Positions 1 to 9,845 of a stretch of 64,000 bases of DNA are shown here, one piece after another. The notes under the pieces were generated by a model. That model made no database searches and had not been told where the DNA came from. It worked only from the letters and a program-made list of their open reading frames with translations. The stretch comes from Bacteroidota bacterium (GTDB lineage Bacteria; Bacteroidota; Ignavibacteria; Kapaibacteriales; UBA2268), in contig JARKQC010000227.1 of NCBI GenBank assembly GCA_029974985.1, forward strand, positions 1,460 to 65,459, in the 5' to 3' direction. Every line of letters starts with the position of its first letter. The first letter of the stretch is position 1. The translations under genes and the position numbers were made by a program.

Positions 1-1
1 T

Positions 2-19
2 ACAAGCAAGTAAGCTTGT
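2..19. repeat. Palindromic module C variant (ACAAGC-aagtaa-GCTTGT), first of five related copies in the window
   Basis: 6-bp perfect stem read directly. Sequence acaagcaagtaagcttgttatacc aligns with the 14451, 14523, 21625 and 60021 copies. Lies just downstream of the RSH gene stop. Confidence 0.5.
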
Positions 20-75
20 TATACCTCACCACTAATTACAAAAAAATGAATTATTGTTTATAAATCTATTTCAGA

Positions 76-1908
76 TTATTCATTCTCCATTCTTGAAACA
101 TTTTTAACACCTTTAATACTCATTAATTTAGCAATTATAGAATTTAGTTCTTTTCTATTTTCAACTTTAATTGTAACTATTCCTTCGAATAAAGAATCCG
201 AAGTATCGAGATTTATTCTTTTTATAATGGATTTTCCTATCGCTTCGGTTATTTCAAATAGCATTCTTTCCCTATCTTCGCCTCGAATTCTAATTTTTAC
301 TTCATAATCAATTTTTTCTTTTTCTTCGTTTTGTTTTTTTGAAATATTATTTTTGAAATATTTGTATAATTTAGACACTGCTCGGTGCGATACGACCATA
401 TCGAGCCACTCTATTTTAGGTAAAAAATTCATAGATGTAATAATTTCGACCTGATCGCCAGTTTTTAATTTATAATATAAATCGCTTATAACTCCATTTA
501 CTTTCCCAGAAATACAATGAAATCCTATATTTTCAGAAATAGCAAAAGCATAATCAATTAGATTTGAGCCGTCGGGTAATTTTATTAATTGTCCATCTTT
601 TGTATAAACTGATAATTCACTATCAAAAATATTAACTTTTATTGCATCCCAAATTATATGAGTAGCTTTTTCACCTTTTTCTTCTATTATTCCTTGCATC
701 CAATCGCCCCACTCCTCAATCTCCTTATCCGTAAAATCTAATGCGCGGATTCTACCACTACGTAATGAAAATTTTGATGCAAAGCCTTCTTCGGCAATTT
801 TTTCCATTTCTTCGGTACGAATAATAATTTCAATTCGCTTTCCGTCGGGACCAAATAGCTCTGTAATAAGGGATTTAAACCATTCCATTTTTGGTTTAGC
901 AACATAATCAATAAAATTAATAGTATTAAACGCAGTTGCTAAAACGCCGTGAGCCCTGTAGCACTCGTGTACATCATCAGTATTAAGAATAATCACAATC
1001 GAATAGAAATTATCAATATCGCTAATTGATTTTCCATCGCTAATCATTTTATAAATTTCATATTCGTGTTTATGAACGATAGATAAAGTATGCTTGAGAT
1101 TATGCTGATTTAAACTATTTTGTATTGTATCCGAAAAAACTCTAATATAATCAATAAAATCGCGTCTTTTAACATTCAAAGCTTCGCGAATAGCTTCGTA
1201 AGCAGATTTATCGAGATAGAAAAATGAGCGATTTTCGAGTTCCATTTTTACTTTCATTAAACCCAAGCGATGAGTTATCGGCACGTAAAAATTAAGTGTC
1301 TCAAAAGCAATATCTTTTTGTTTATTAACTTTTAAATAATGTAGAGTACGTAAATTATGCAATCTATCAGCTAATTTAATTAATATTACACGGATATCCT
1401 GAACTAAGGCAAGGAATAATTTTCTATGAGTACCCGCTTTTAATTTATGTTTTAAGATATTTTGTTGTTCTTTATCAAGAGAATCCCAATTAATTGCTTC
1501 GCCAATAGCACTAAACTTGTCATTAGAAATTTTTGTAACTGCTTGCACCATTTCAGATACTTCATCACCGAATAATTTTGTTATTTCAATTTCGCTAACA
1601 TCTTCGACATCTTCGATAACATCGTGCAAAATAGCTGCCGCAATCATCGCACTATCAACATTAGAGAACTCACGCAACAAAATAAGTGCAACATTAAGTG
1701 GGTGTGTATAATAAGAAATACCCGATTTCCGCAAAGTATCTTTATGCTTTTCATAACAATAATTAAAAGCTCTACTAATTAATTCTTTATCTAATGAGTT
1801 ATTAATTCGGTCAATTTCAGATAAAAAATATTCTAAATCTTTATTATAATCAGTACCAAATGGGCTTAATTCATCATATTCTAAATCAAATTCATATAAG
1901 AATTCCAT
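76..1908 (-). CDS. RelA/SpoT-homologue (RSH) protein with intact HD hydrolase domain, divergent synthetase region, TGS and ACT-like domains
   Basis: 610-aa ORF. HD motifs THPLNVALIL..AAILHDVIEDV and IKLADRLHNLRTL. Synthetase-region remnants IDYVAKPK and EIIIRTEEM. TGS-like VYTKDGQLIKLPDGSNLIDYAF. C-terminal ACT-like segment. Confidence 0.85.
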   Translation of the reverse strand: MEFLYEFDLEYDELSPFGTDYNKDLEYFLSEIDRINNSLDKELISRAFNYCYEKHKDTLRKSGISYYTHPLNVALILLREFSNVDSAMIAAAILHDVIEDVEDVSEIEITKLFGDEVSEMVQAVTKISNDKFSAIGEAINWDSLDKEQQNILKHKLKAGTHRKLFLALVQDIRVILIKLADRLHNLRTLHYLKVNKQKDIAFETLNFYVPITHRLGLMKVKMELENRSFFYLDKSAYEAIREALNVKRRDFIDYIRVFSDTIQNSLNQHNLKHTLSIVHKHEYEIYKMISDGKSISDIDNFYSIVIILNTDDVHECYRAHGVLATAFNTINFIDYVAKPKMEWFKSLITELFGPDGKRIEIIIRTEEMEKIAEEGFASKFSLRSGRIRALDFTDKEIEEWGDWMQGIIEEKGEKATHIIWDAIKVNIFDSELSVYTKDGQLIKLPDGSNLIDYAFAISENIGFHCISGKVNGVISDLYYKLKTGDQVEIITSMNFLPKIEWLDMVVSHRAVSKLYKYFKNNISKKQNEEKEKIDYEVKIRIRGEDRERMLFEITEAIGKSIIKRINLDTSDSLFEGIVTIKVENRKELNSIIAKLMSIKGVKNVSRMENE

Positions 1909-2063
1909 TTTTCTACTATCTCATTAATATTTTTTAAATATTTACAATAGTAATATTTTTTAAATATTTTTATATATTCAATATTTATTATTCGATTAAT
2001 AATTGAATATTATTGTAAATAAATGAAATGAGTAGAAAAAAAATTGTTAGAAAGCTAATTATA

Positions 2064-2540
2064 TTACATATATATTATCTTTATAGTTATTTTACTATCT
2101 TTTTTTAGTTCAAAACTTGCTTTTTGAAAATTTGGCTTATTTGTTATGCCAATTTTAGTAATATTTGAAAATCCTATGCCTTCTTTTGGCAATAAAAATC
2201 CTTTATCTATTTTACTATTTTCATTTTCATCGTGCAATATACTAACTGCATAAGTACCTTCTGGTAAATCTTTGAAATTAGTTTCAGCTCTATTATCAAT
2301 TATTTTTTCTTTTTGAATTTTATAATATTTTTCAAAATTTTCATCGGGAATTGAGCCATCTTTATTGTAAATTGCAAATAAGACTAAGCCTTTTGAATTT
2401 CTTAAATTTTCTACTGTAACATTTAAGTTATAGTTATAAGTATCTTTATCTTTATGATTCTCGGCATAAAAAAATAGGAAACAAGTAGTAAATAACATTA
2501 CTACTTGCTTTATAATTATATCCATAATTTTTTTCAACAT
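2064..2540 (-). CDS. DUF2141 domain-containing secreted protein
   Basis: 158-aa ORF with N-terminal hydrophobic signal. Family-typical EGTYAVSILHDENENSKIDKGFLLPKEGIGFSN. Last gene of the RND operon, 7 nt after the RND stop. Confidence 0.7.
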   Translation of the reverse strand: MLKKIMDIIIKQVVMLFTTCFLFFYAENHKDKDTYNYNLNVTVENLRNSKGLVLFAIYNKDGSIPDENFEKYYKIQKEKIIDNRAETNFKDLPEGTYAVSILHDENENSKIDKGFLLPKEGIGFSNITKIGITNKPNFQKASFELKKDSKITIKIIYM

Positions 2541-2547
2541 TTATTAA

Positions 2548-5500
2548 TTAATTTACTTTTTTAAATTTTAGTTTAATAGTATCTACTACATAATAAACCA
2601 TAGGGACAATGTAAACAGTCAGTGCTAATGATGATAGTAATCCACCAATAATTACCCACGCTAAACCATTTTTCCATTCCGATGCAGTTCCTCTTGCTAA
2701 TGCAATCGGCAACATACCTATTGCCATAGATAATGTAGTCATTAAAATGGGTCTCATCCTTTCCTTACCAGCAATAATTAGAGCATTTCTATAAAATTCA
2801 CCTCTTTCCTTTAATTGATTTGTAAAATCAACTATTAATATTGAATTTTTTGTTACTAATCCCATAAGCATAATTAGCCCCAAAAGTGAAAAGACACTCA
2901 AATTACTAAGGGATAAATTCAATGCTAAGAATGCACCTATCGCCGCAACGGGTATTGCAAATAAAGCAACAAATGGATAAACATAGCTGTCATAAAGTGC
3001 AATCATAATCAAATATATTAATAGGAAGGAAACTAATAAAACTGAACCTAATGCGCCAAAACTATCATTTTGTTTTTTAATATCACTACCCCAAGTCATG
3101 TGAACTCCATCTGGCAATGGGTGTTTGTTTATATATGTAACGACATCATCAGCAATTGTACCAGATGCTCGTCCAAGTGCGTCAGAGGTAATAGTTACTG
3201 CCGCTTGTCTGTCAATTCTTTCTAAAAGAGAAGATGAATTATCTTTTTCAATGCTTGCAAATTGAGCAATCTCAATAGGCATACCCATAGGATTTATGAT
3301 ATTTAGTTGTGATACGTCATCATAATTCTGACGATTGAATTTATCTAACCATATTCGAATAGGGTATTCTATTCCTTTGTCTGTTAATGTTGCATCATCA
3401 TTTCCCGTAAATGCAGTTCTCAAGTTCATACCAACATAAGCAGTATTTAAACCTAATCTCTGCATTTTATCTTTATTGGGTAAAATTTTTAATTCTGGGC
3501 TTCCTTCTTCAACTGAAAGTCGTACATTATCAGAACCCGGTACTTGCTCAATAGCTGATTTTAAATTTTTTGCGGCAAGCATTATTTGCTCTATATCACT
3601 TCCACTTAAAGTAATTTCAATTGGTGCGCTTCGAGGCACTAAGCCTAATTCAGTCATTGAAAAATTAATACCAGAATACATATTTTGAAGTTCACTACGA
3701 ATATTTCTCATAAAAATATCGGTTGAAATATTATTTATTTCATTTTTGGGTTTCAATTGTATTGTAAACTCACTTTTATTTGCTAAACCTACTCCCAAAC
3801 CACCTATTCCAGTACTTGGTCCACCTATATTACTAAATAAAGATTTTACTTCTTTTTTATTTAAAATATATTGTTCGATTTTTTCAGAAATTAAATTATT
3901 TTGCTCAATAGATGTGCTTTTATCAAACTCTAATGATAATCTAAATTTTCCCTGATCACCTGTTGATATCATTTCTTTACCAATTATACCAAGTTTCATC
4001 ATAAATGCAGTAGCAATAAATAATGAAATTACAAAAACTGTAAAAATAATTTTATGATTCAATACCCAATCTAATGTATGCCCGTACCATTCTATAAATT
4101 TATCTAATTGCCTTTCGAACCATAATAGAAAACGATTGAAAATATTTGTTGGCTGTAAATCTTCCTTTTTACCAATACGAGAAGCCATCCAGGGAGTTAG
4201 TGTAAAACCAACTAATAAACTTGTAAGTGTTGAAGTGATTACAACTATCGAGAATTGTTTTAACATATCGGCAACAACTACTTGTAAAAAAAGTATTGGT
4301 ACGAATACTACGACGTCAACTAAGGTTATTGATAGTGCAGAAAAACCGATTTCCATTCTTCCTTCCAAAGCGGCTTTTCTTTTTTCTTTTCCCATATCTA
4401 AATGTCTTTGAATATTCTCTAATACAACGGTTGCATCATCAACTAAAATTCCAATAATTAATGACATCGCAAGCAGTGTCATCAAATTTAATGTATAGCC
4501 AAGAAGCCACATTACTGCAAAAGCTGTAATTAATGATGTTGGTATTGCAATAAGCACAATCAATGAATTTCGAAAACTTCTTAAAAAAAGTAACATTACA
4601 ATTGACACTAGTATTACTGCTAAAATTAAATCAAAAACTACTGAGTTAACAGCGGCAATAGTATTATCAGTGCTATCATCAGTAATTACAAATTCAACAT
4701 TTTGAGATGAGTTTTGCTCTTCTATTTTATGAAATTTTTCGCGTATCAAACGAGAAACATCAACTGCATTAGCATCGCCTTGTTTCTTAATTAATAGACC
4801 AACTCCACTTTTACCATTATAACGACTGACCGAACTAATTTCTTTTACCCCATCAATAACATCTGCAACATCTTTTACATAAATAGGACTACCCGGTTGT
4901 GGCATTGCAATTTGAACATTTTTTATATCATTAATAGAATGGAACTTACCAACTAATCGAACAGAATTACTTTCTTTTTCGGTTTTAATTTTACCAGAAG
5001 GTAAATCAATTCCGGAGCGATTAATAGCTTCTACTATTTGCAACATTGATATTTTGTATAGTTTTAATTTTTCTTTATCAACTTTGACTTGTATTTCTCT
5101 TTCTTCCCCGCCCAATATTGTGATTTCTGCAACTCCCTTTATTTGTTGAATTTGTGGTAGAAAATTATCCTTTAATTTTTGATACAAATCCGTAGCTTGC
5201 AAATTGCTTGTAACACTTACAGACATCATAGGAAGATCATCGGGCGATACTTTACTCATAACGGGGTTTAATATATCTTGCGGCAAATCTTTTCGAATAT
5301 TGTCAATATATCTTTGAGCGTCTTGCATTGTTTTATCTAAATCTGTTCCATATTTTAGATTTGCAATAATAATTGACGCGTTTGGCAAAGATTTAGTTAC
5401 TAAAAAATCAACGCCTTCTAAATTAGAGAGTGCATCTTCGATTTTTCTCGAGACTGACGTTTCGACCTCATTAGGTTCAGCTCCAGGATAAACTGTTCTA

Positions 5501-5640
5501 ATAACTATAACAGGCTGATTAAAATCTGGCATTAATTCATAACTTAAATTTATATAGCCAATAATTCCTAATAATGCAAATACACTAAATAGCACTACTA
5601 TTAATGATGGTCTTTTTATTGATATTTCTGTTATATTCAT
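2548..5640 (-). CDS. Efflux RND transporter permease subunit (AcrB/HAE-type)
   Basis: 1030-aa ORF. 12-TM RND architecture with two large periplasmic loops. N-terminal MNITEISIKRPSLIVVLF..PDFNQPVIVIRTVYPGAEP is typical of the family. Confidence 0.9.
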   Translation of the reverse strand: MNITEISIKRPSLIVVLFSVFALLGIIGYINLSYELMPDFNQPVIVIRTVYPGAEPNEVETSVSRKIEDALSNLEGVDFLVTKSLPNASIIIANLKYGTDLDKTMQDAQRYIDNIRKDLPQDILNPVMSKVSPDDLPMMSVSVTSNLQATDLYQKLKDNFLPQIQQIKGVAEITILGGEEREIQVKVDKEKLKLYKISMLQIVEAINRSGIDLPSGKIKTEKESNSVRLVGKFHSINDIKNVQIAMPQPGSPIYVKDVADVIDGVKEISSVSRYNGKSGVGLLIKKQGDANAVDVSRLIREKFHKIEEQNSSQNVEFVITDDSTDNTIAAVNSVVFDLILAVILVSIVMLLFLRSFRNSLIVLIAIPTSLITAFAVMWLLGYTLNLMTLLAMSLIIGILVDDATVVLENIQRHLDMGKEKRKAALEGRMEIGFSALSITLVDVVVFVPILFLQVVVADMLKQFSIVVITSTLTSLLVGFTLTPWMASRIGKKEDLQPTNIFNRFLLWFERQLDKFIEWYGHTLDWVLNHKIIFTVFVISLFIATAFMMKLGIIGKEMISTGDQGKFRLSLEFDKSTSIEQNNLISEKIEQYILNKKEVKSLFSNIGGPSTGIGGLGVGLANKSEFTIQLKPKNEINNISTDIFMRNIRSELQNMYSGINFSMTELGLVPRSAPIEITLSGSDIEQIMLAAKNLKSAIEQVPGSDNVRLSVEEGSPELKILPNKDKMQRLGLNTAYVGMNLRTAFTGNDDATLTDKGIEYPIRIWLDKFNRQNYDDVSQLNIINPMGMPIEIAQFASIEKDNSSSLLERIDRQAAVTITSDALGRASGTIADDVVTYINKHPLPDGVHMTWGSDIKKQNDSFGALGSVLLVSFLLIYLIMIALYDSYVYPFVALFAIPVAAIGAFLALNLSLSNLSVFSLLGLIMLMGLVTKNSILIVDFTNQLKERGEFYRNALIIAGKERMRPILMTTLSMAIGMLPIALARGTASEWKNGLAWVIIGGLLSSLALTVYIVPMVYYVVDTIKLKFKKVN

Positions 5641-5680
5641 TTTATTTTTATAAATTTTGTAATAAAAAAATTCAAATTAT

Positions 5681-6766
5681 TTAATTCTGTACAATGACAT
5701 TAGCGTTATTATATAAATTAATAAAACCATTTATTATAAGTTCATCATTGTTTTCTAAACCACTACTTACTAATACATTATTATTGATTGTTCGATATAT
5801 TGTTATATCTTTTAAAACTGCTTTGCCATTTATTACTATATAGACTTGGCTTCTGTCGCCATTCGTACTTACTGCACTTGATGGTATCATAATACCTTCT
5901 TCTGAAATAGTATTCTGAATATTTACTTTTCCAAACATACCAGATTTTATTTCTAAATTTTTTGTATTATTTGTTTTGAATTGAACGGGAAAGCTACTCC
6001 CCATATTTGCTTTACTTCCTATCAATACTACTCTTCCCATTAGTTTGCTTTCTGGATATGAATCTACAATTAATTCATAATCTTTATTTAAATGAAATAG
6101 TTTTAAGTTATTTTCGGGTATATTAACAGTAAATCGTAATTGGGAAATATCGGTTATCTGAATTAAAGGCATTCCTGGTGCGGCAAATCCGCCTTCTTCA
6201 TTAAATTTTTGAGTTACAACTCCGTCAAAAGCGGCTCTAATAGTTGATTTTTCAATTTGTTCTAATAGTGTTGAGCGTTGTACCAGTGCAGATTTTAAAG
6301 CTAACTCTGTTTTTTCTAATTGTACTCCTTGAATAGCGTCTGCTTTCGTTAATATAGTATAACGCTTAACATCATTTTCTAAACCTTCTATTTGAACTTC
6401 GATATTTTTTAATTGTAATTTTAAAAGTGAATTATCTAACTGCACTATAGCATTGCCTTTACGTACAAAATCACCATTATCTACAAAAATTTTATTAATT
6501 TTTCCTTGAATTTCTGAACTAATTTTGGATTCCTTATTTGGTTCGAATGTTCCTGTAAAATTATCTGTTGTATTAATAATTTCAGATTTTACTATAATAG
6601 TCTTTACAGATATAGGTTTTTCTTTATCATACCTATATATCTTATTTTCAGTAACTTCTTTATTATTGCTTAATTTAATTACAATTATTGCTAAAATTGC
6701 AATCGGAATAGCTATATATAGCAATATCTTCACGAATTTTGATTTTGATTTCATAATATTACTCAC
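5681..6766 (-). CDS. Efflux RND periplasmic adaptor (membrane fusion protein, HlyD family)
   Basis: 361-aa ORF with N-terminal TM anchor, coiled-coil hairpin region and beta-barrel C-terminus. Sits between the TolC-like and RND genes. Confidence 0.85.
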   Translation of the reverse strand: MSNIMKSKSKFVKILLYIAIPIAILAIIVIKLSNNKEVTENKIYRYDKEKPISVKTIIVKSEIINTTDNFTGTFEPNKESKISSEIQGKINKIFVDNGDFVRKGNAIVQLDNSLLKLQLKNIEVQIEGLENDVKRYTILTKADAIQGVQLEKTELALKSALVQRSTLLEQIEKSTIRAAFDGVVTQKFNEEGGFAAPGMPLIQITDISQLRFTVNIPENNLKLFHLNKDYELIVDSYPESKLMGRVVLIGSKANMGSSFPVQFKTNNTKNLEIKSGMFGKVNIQNTISEEGIMIPSSAVSTNGDRSQVYIVINGKAVLKDITIYRTINNNVLVSSGLENNDELIINGFINLYNNANVIVQN

Positions 6767-8102
6767 TTATTTTTAAAATATTTCCAGTTATTTTCATTAA
6801 TTCTAAATCTGATTTTAAATAATCAATTACAGCAACAATATAGTTCTGTTGAGTTTCACGTAAAGCATTATCAGCCAATAAAACATCTGTTAAACTTGCA
6901 ATTCCTTCTTTATGCTGCAAAATTGATTGATAATAAATATCTTTTGCTAATTCAATTTGATTTTGAATATTTGTAATAGTAGTCATAGCAATATTTCTTT
7001 GTCTTTTAGCATTTTCTATGTCAATATCAATTTTATCACTTATTAATTGGCTTTGTAAATTGTTATTACTTATTTCTACTTCTTTTTGATTAATTTTCTT
7101 CTGTGATATTAAGCCATCGAATAATGGATATGAGAACTGAATACCAGCAAAAGAAACTGAATAAAAATCAAGAAAATCATTAGGCTTTTTATCATAGCCA
7201 AATCCAGTAGTACCATAAGAAGCTATTATATTAATTGATGGTAAAAAACGTGAATATTGAATGGTGTTTAATTCACTACGAAGCAATTTATTCTGTGCAT
7301 TTAATAATTGAATATCTAATTTTGATTTTACTATATAATTTTCTGAACTATTATAATGAATATCACTTTCAATTTCAATATTATGATCTAAGCTTACGCC
7401 CATTGTAAGTTTGAGTAAATTTAGGGCATTTTTATATTTTATCTCTACATTTTCACGTTGAGTGCTTAATTGTTCAATCAAAAGTTTTAATTTATTTACA
7501 TCAGAACCTTTTGCCAATAATTGCTCCCGAAGTAATGTAATATTATTTAGTAGTTTATTCGTATTTATAAGGTTGCTATCAATAAATTGTAATTGACTAT
7601 ATAAAATTTTCAAATTATAGTATAATGTACTAATATCAAAAATAAGTTGCTCTTGTGATTTTTGATATTGCAAATCCATAATTTCACTTGCTATTTGGGT
7701 AATATTTATAGCTCCATAAATATTAGGATTATACAAAGGTAATGATAATACCAAACTTGCGTTAATATTATGTGGAACACCAAACTGAACCTCGCGGAAC
7801 TGCCCTTCGGGTATTTGTGGATTAAAAGTAGAAAGAGGCATTAATTGATGAGGTAGCTCAGTAAAATACTTATAATCTGCATTGGCATTGATTTTAGGAA
7901 GCAAATTATATTTTGCCTCGCTTTCTCTCTCCTTGCTTGCAAGCGAATTATTGCGATTTATTTGCAAAGTTTTATTATAAACCATTGCACTATCAATACA
8001 TCGCTTTAATGACCATTGCTCTTGCGCATTTGTAATGCTTACACTTATAATAATTTGAACAAGTGTAAAAATGATTATCTTTTGAGTGTTTATTATTTTC
8101 AT
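6759..8102 (-). CDS. TolC-family outer membrane efflux protein
   Basis: 447-aa ORF with signal peptide and two tandem coiled-coil/beta repeats typical of outer membrane factors. Overlaps the MFP start by 8 nt. Confidence 0.85.
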   Translation of the reverse strand: MKIINTQKIIIFTLVQIIISVSITNAQEQWSLKRCIDSAMVYNKTLQINRNNSLASKERESEAKYNLLPKINANADYKYFTELPHQLMPLSTFNPQIPEGQFREVQFGVPHNINASLVLSLPLYNPNIYGAINITQIASEIMDLQYQKSQEQLIFDISTLYYNLKILYSQLQFIDSNLINTNKLLNNITLLREQLLAKGSDVNKLKLLIEQLSTQRENVEIKYKNALNLLKLTMGVSLDHNIEIESDIHYNSSENYIVKSKLDIQLLNAQNKLLRSELNTIQYSRFLPSINIIASYGTTGFGYDKKPNDFLDFYSVSFAGIQFSYPLFDGLISQKKINQKEVEISNNNLQSQLISDKIDIDIENAKRQRNIAMTTITNIQNQIELAKDIYYQSILQHKEGIASLTDVLLADNALRETQQNYIVAVIDYLKSDLELMKITGNILKISE

Positions 8103-8150
8103 AATTTTTTATTTATATATAAATTAAAAAATGACAATTATTTATAATAT

Positions 8151-8759
8151 CTAAGGCTTTAACCAAGCTAATATGAGTGAATAAATTTCATTTTTTCGTG
8201 AAAGCATTAATTCCTTATATTCTTCATCACTATAATTAAAAATCATCTTAGCAATTGATTGGCTAATAAAAGGAAAAATACATAATGATATGATGTTCAA
8301 TATTAATTGTTTAATATCAACTTTTTTAATATTACCCTTCGATACCTCATCATCAATCATATCATTAAGACCAGAGAATAAATTATCAATATCGGGTATT
8401 AACATATCTTTGATTATTAATGGGTTTTTTGCAACTTCGTTTGCTATAAACAAAGGGATAATTGGATTTTCAATTAGTATATCTATATATTTGTCAATGA
8501 ATAATTTTATTCTTTCGAGTAATGGCTTATTCGACAAAATTATTTCAGCAATAATTGGGAAAAAAGATTGTAAAGTTTGTTCAAAAACATTTTTAAATAA
8601 TTTATCCTTACTTCTATAATAATAATGCAATAGTGCTTTATTTATGCCAGCAAGGTCGGCGATCTCTTGCATTCTTGCGCCATCATAGCCTTTTTCAATA
8701 AATACTTTTTTTGCGGATTCAAGTATTTTATTTTCTGTGTTTGTATCAAGATTTTTCAT
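8151..8759 (-). CDS. TetR/AcrR family transcriptional regulator
   Basis: 202-aa ORF. N-terminal HTH ILESAKKVFIEKGYDGARMQEIADLAGINKALLHYYYRSKDKLF. First gene of the efflux operon. Confidence 0.9.
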   Translation of the reverse strand: MKNLDTNTENKILESAKKVFIEKGYDGARMQEIADLAGINKALLHYYYRSKDKLFKNVFEQTLQSFFPIIAEIILSNKPLLERIKLFIDKYIDILIENPIIPLFIANEVAKNPLIIKDMLIPDIDNLFSGLNDMIDDEVSKGNIKKVDIKQLILNIISLCIFPFISQSIAKMIFNYSDEEYKELMLSRKNEIYSLILAWLKP

Positions 8760-8774
8760 ATTTCACCATTTGTC

Positions 8775-8790
8775 TTAACTAATTGGTTAA
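8775..8790. promoter_or_regulatory. Candidate TetR operator (near-palindrome TTAACTAATTGGTTAA)
   Basis: 16-nt inverted repeat, 14 of 16 positions self-complementary, 16-31 nt upstream of the tetR ATG on the minus strand. Confidence 0.25.
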
Positions 8791-8914
8791 ACTTAATGGT
8801 TCAAAAATACAAAATTTTTAAATACAAACAAATAATATTTTCAAAATTTGTAAAAAAAAATTTAATTAGGAAAATAAATTAGGAAATTATTTGAAGAGAA
8901 ATTGGATAAGTATA

Positions 8915-9826
8915 TTAATTTCTTGTTAATTGTACTTTTGATAAAGCGCCATCAATATAAAAATCAATTTTATTATTACTTTTATAATAATTATTAGAAA
9001 TAAAAACGCCAGCACTATTTTTTTTCATTCCTTTGAAATCATATTTTGTTAAAGCCATATCGCCTTCGATCGAACTCCCCACTCTATTAGGTATTTCGAT
9101 TTTAAAATTTGCAGCGCCGCAGTTAATATTTACTTTTGATTGCTTAATATTATCACCAAGTTTTAATTCTGTGTCGCTTGCACCCACGTCAATATTTAGA
9201 TGAGAAACTATAATTTTACTAAAATCGAGGTCCATTTTTGCGGCACCGCCACTAATATTAATATCCCAAATTAATGATTTATTCAAATCAAATTGTAAAT
9301 ATCTATTTGTAGATGGATTAGAATTTTCATCGAAAGAATAATTTATAACTAATGTAGAATCATTTGGTTTGTCAATTACGACATCACAATCCTCAGAGCC
9401 AGATTTAAGATAATATAAATACTCACCTGTAGAATTGAAATCAAATTTTCCCGCCCCACCAGAGAAATTTAATTTTGCATATTTTATTGCAGGCTCAATA
9501 TCTTTTTCAAAACTTGTGCAATTGCCATTCTCATCAAAATCATTATCATTAATTATAATATTATTCTTAAAATCAGTATATACCTCATTACCTTTCGTAA
9601 AAAATGCCATTATTACAAGTGCAGTAAAAATGCCCGTCAAAGATATAATTATACTTTTAAATAATTCTGAAATTTTAAGTAATGATATTCCCCATAAAAT
9701 TAATAATAAAGGAAACCAAGTAAGAATCATACTCGAATTAAATATATATAAACTAAAATTTTTTAATAGTATCAGTAATCCTAATGATATTAAAAAGCTT
9801 CCCCAAAAAATGTATTTATTTTTCAT
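8915..9826 (-). CDS. Membrane protein with C-terminal beta-rich (DUF4097/LiaF-like toast-rack) domain
   Basis: 303-aa ORF. Three N-terminal TM segments, then repetitive beta-strand motifs (GGAGKFDF, GGAAKMDLDF, CGAANFKIEI). Adjacent to a PspC-domain gene. Confidence 0.5.
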   Translation of the reverse strand: MKNKYIFWGSFLISLGLLILLKNFSLYIFNSSMILTWFPLLLILWGISLLKISELFKSIIISLTGIFTALVIMAFFTKGNEVYTDFKNNIIINDNDFDENGNCTSFEKDIEPAIKYAKLNFSGGAGKFDFNSTGEYLYYLKSGSEDCDVVIDKPNDSTLVINYSFDENSNPSTNRYLQFDLNKSLIWDINISGGAAKMDLDFSKIIVSHLNIDVGASDTELKLGDNIKQSKVNINCGAANFKIEIPNRVGSSIEGDMALTKYDFKGMKKNSAGVFISNNYYKSNNKIDFYIDGALSKVQLTRN

Positions 9827-9845
9827 ATTTTCCCTTTATTTTACA

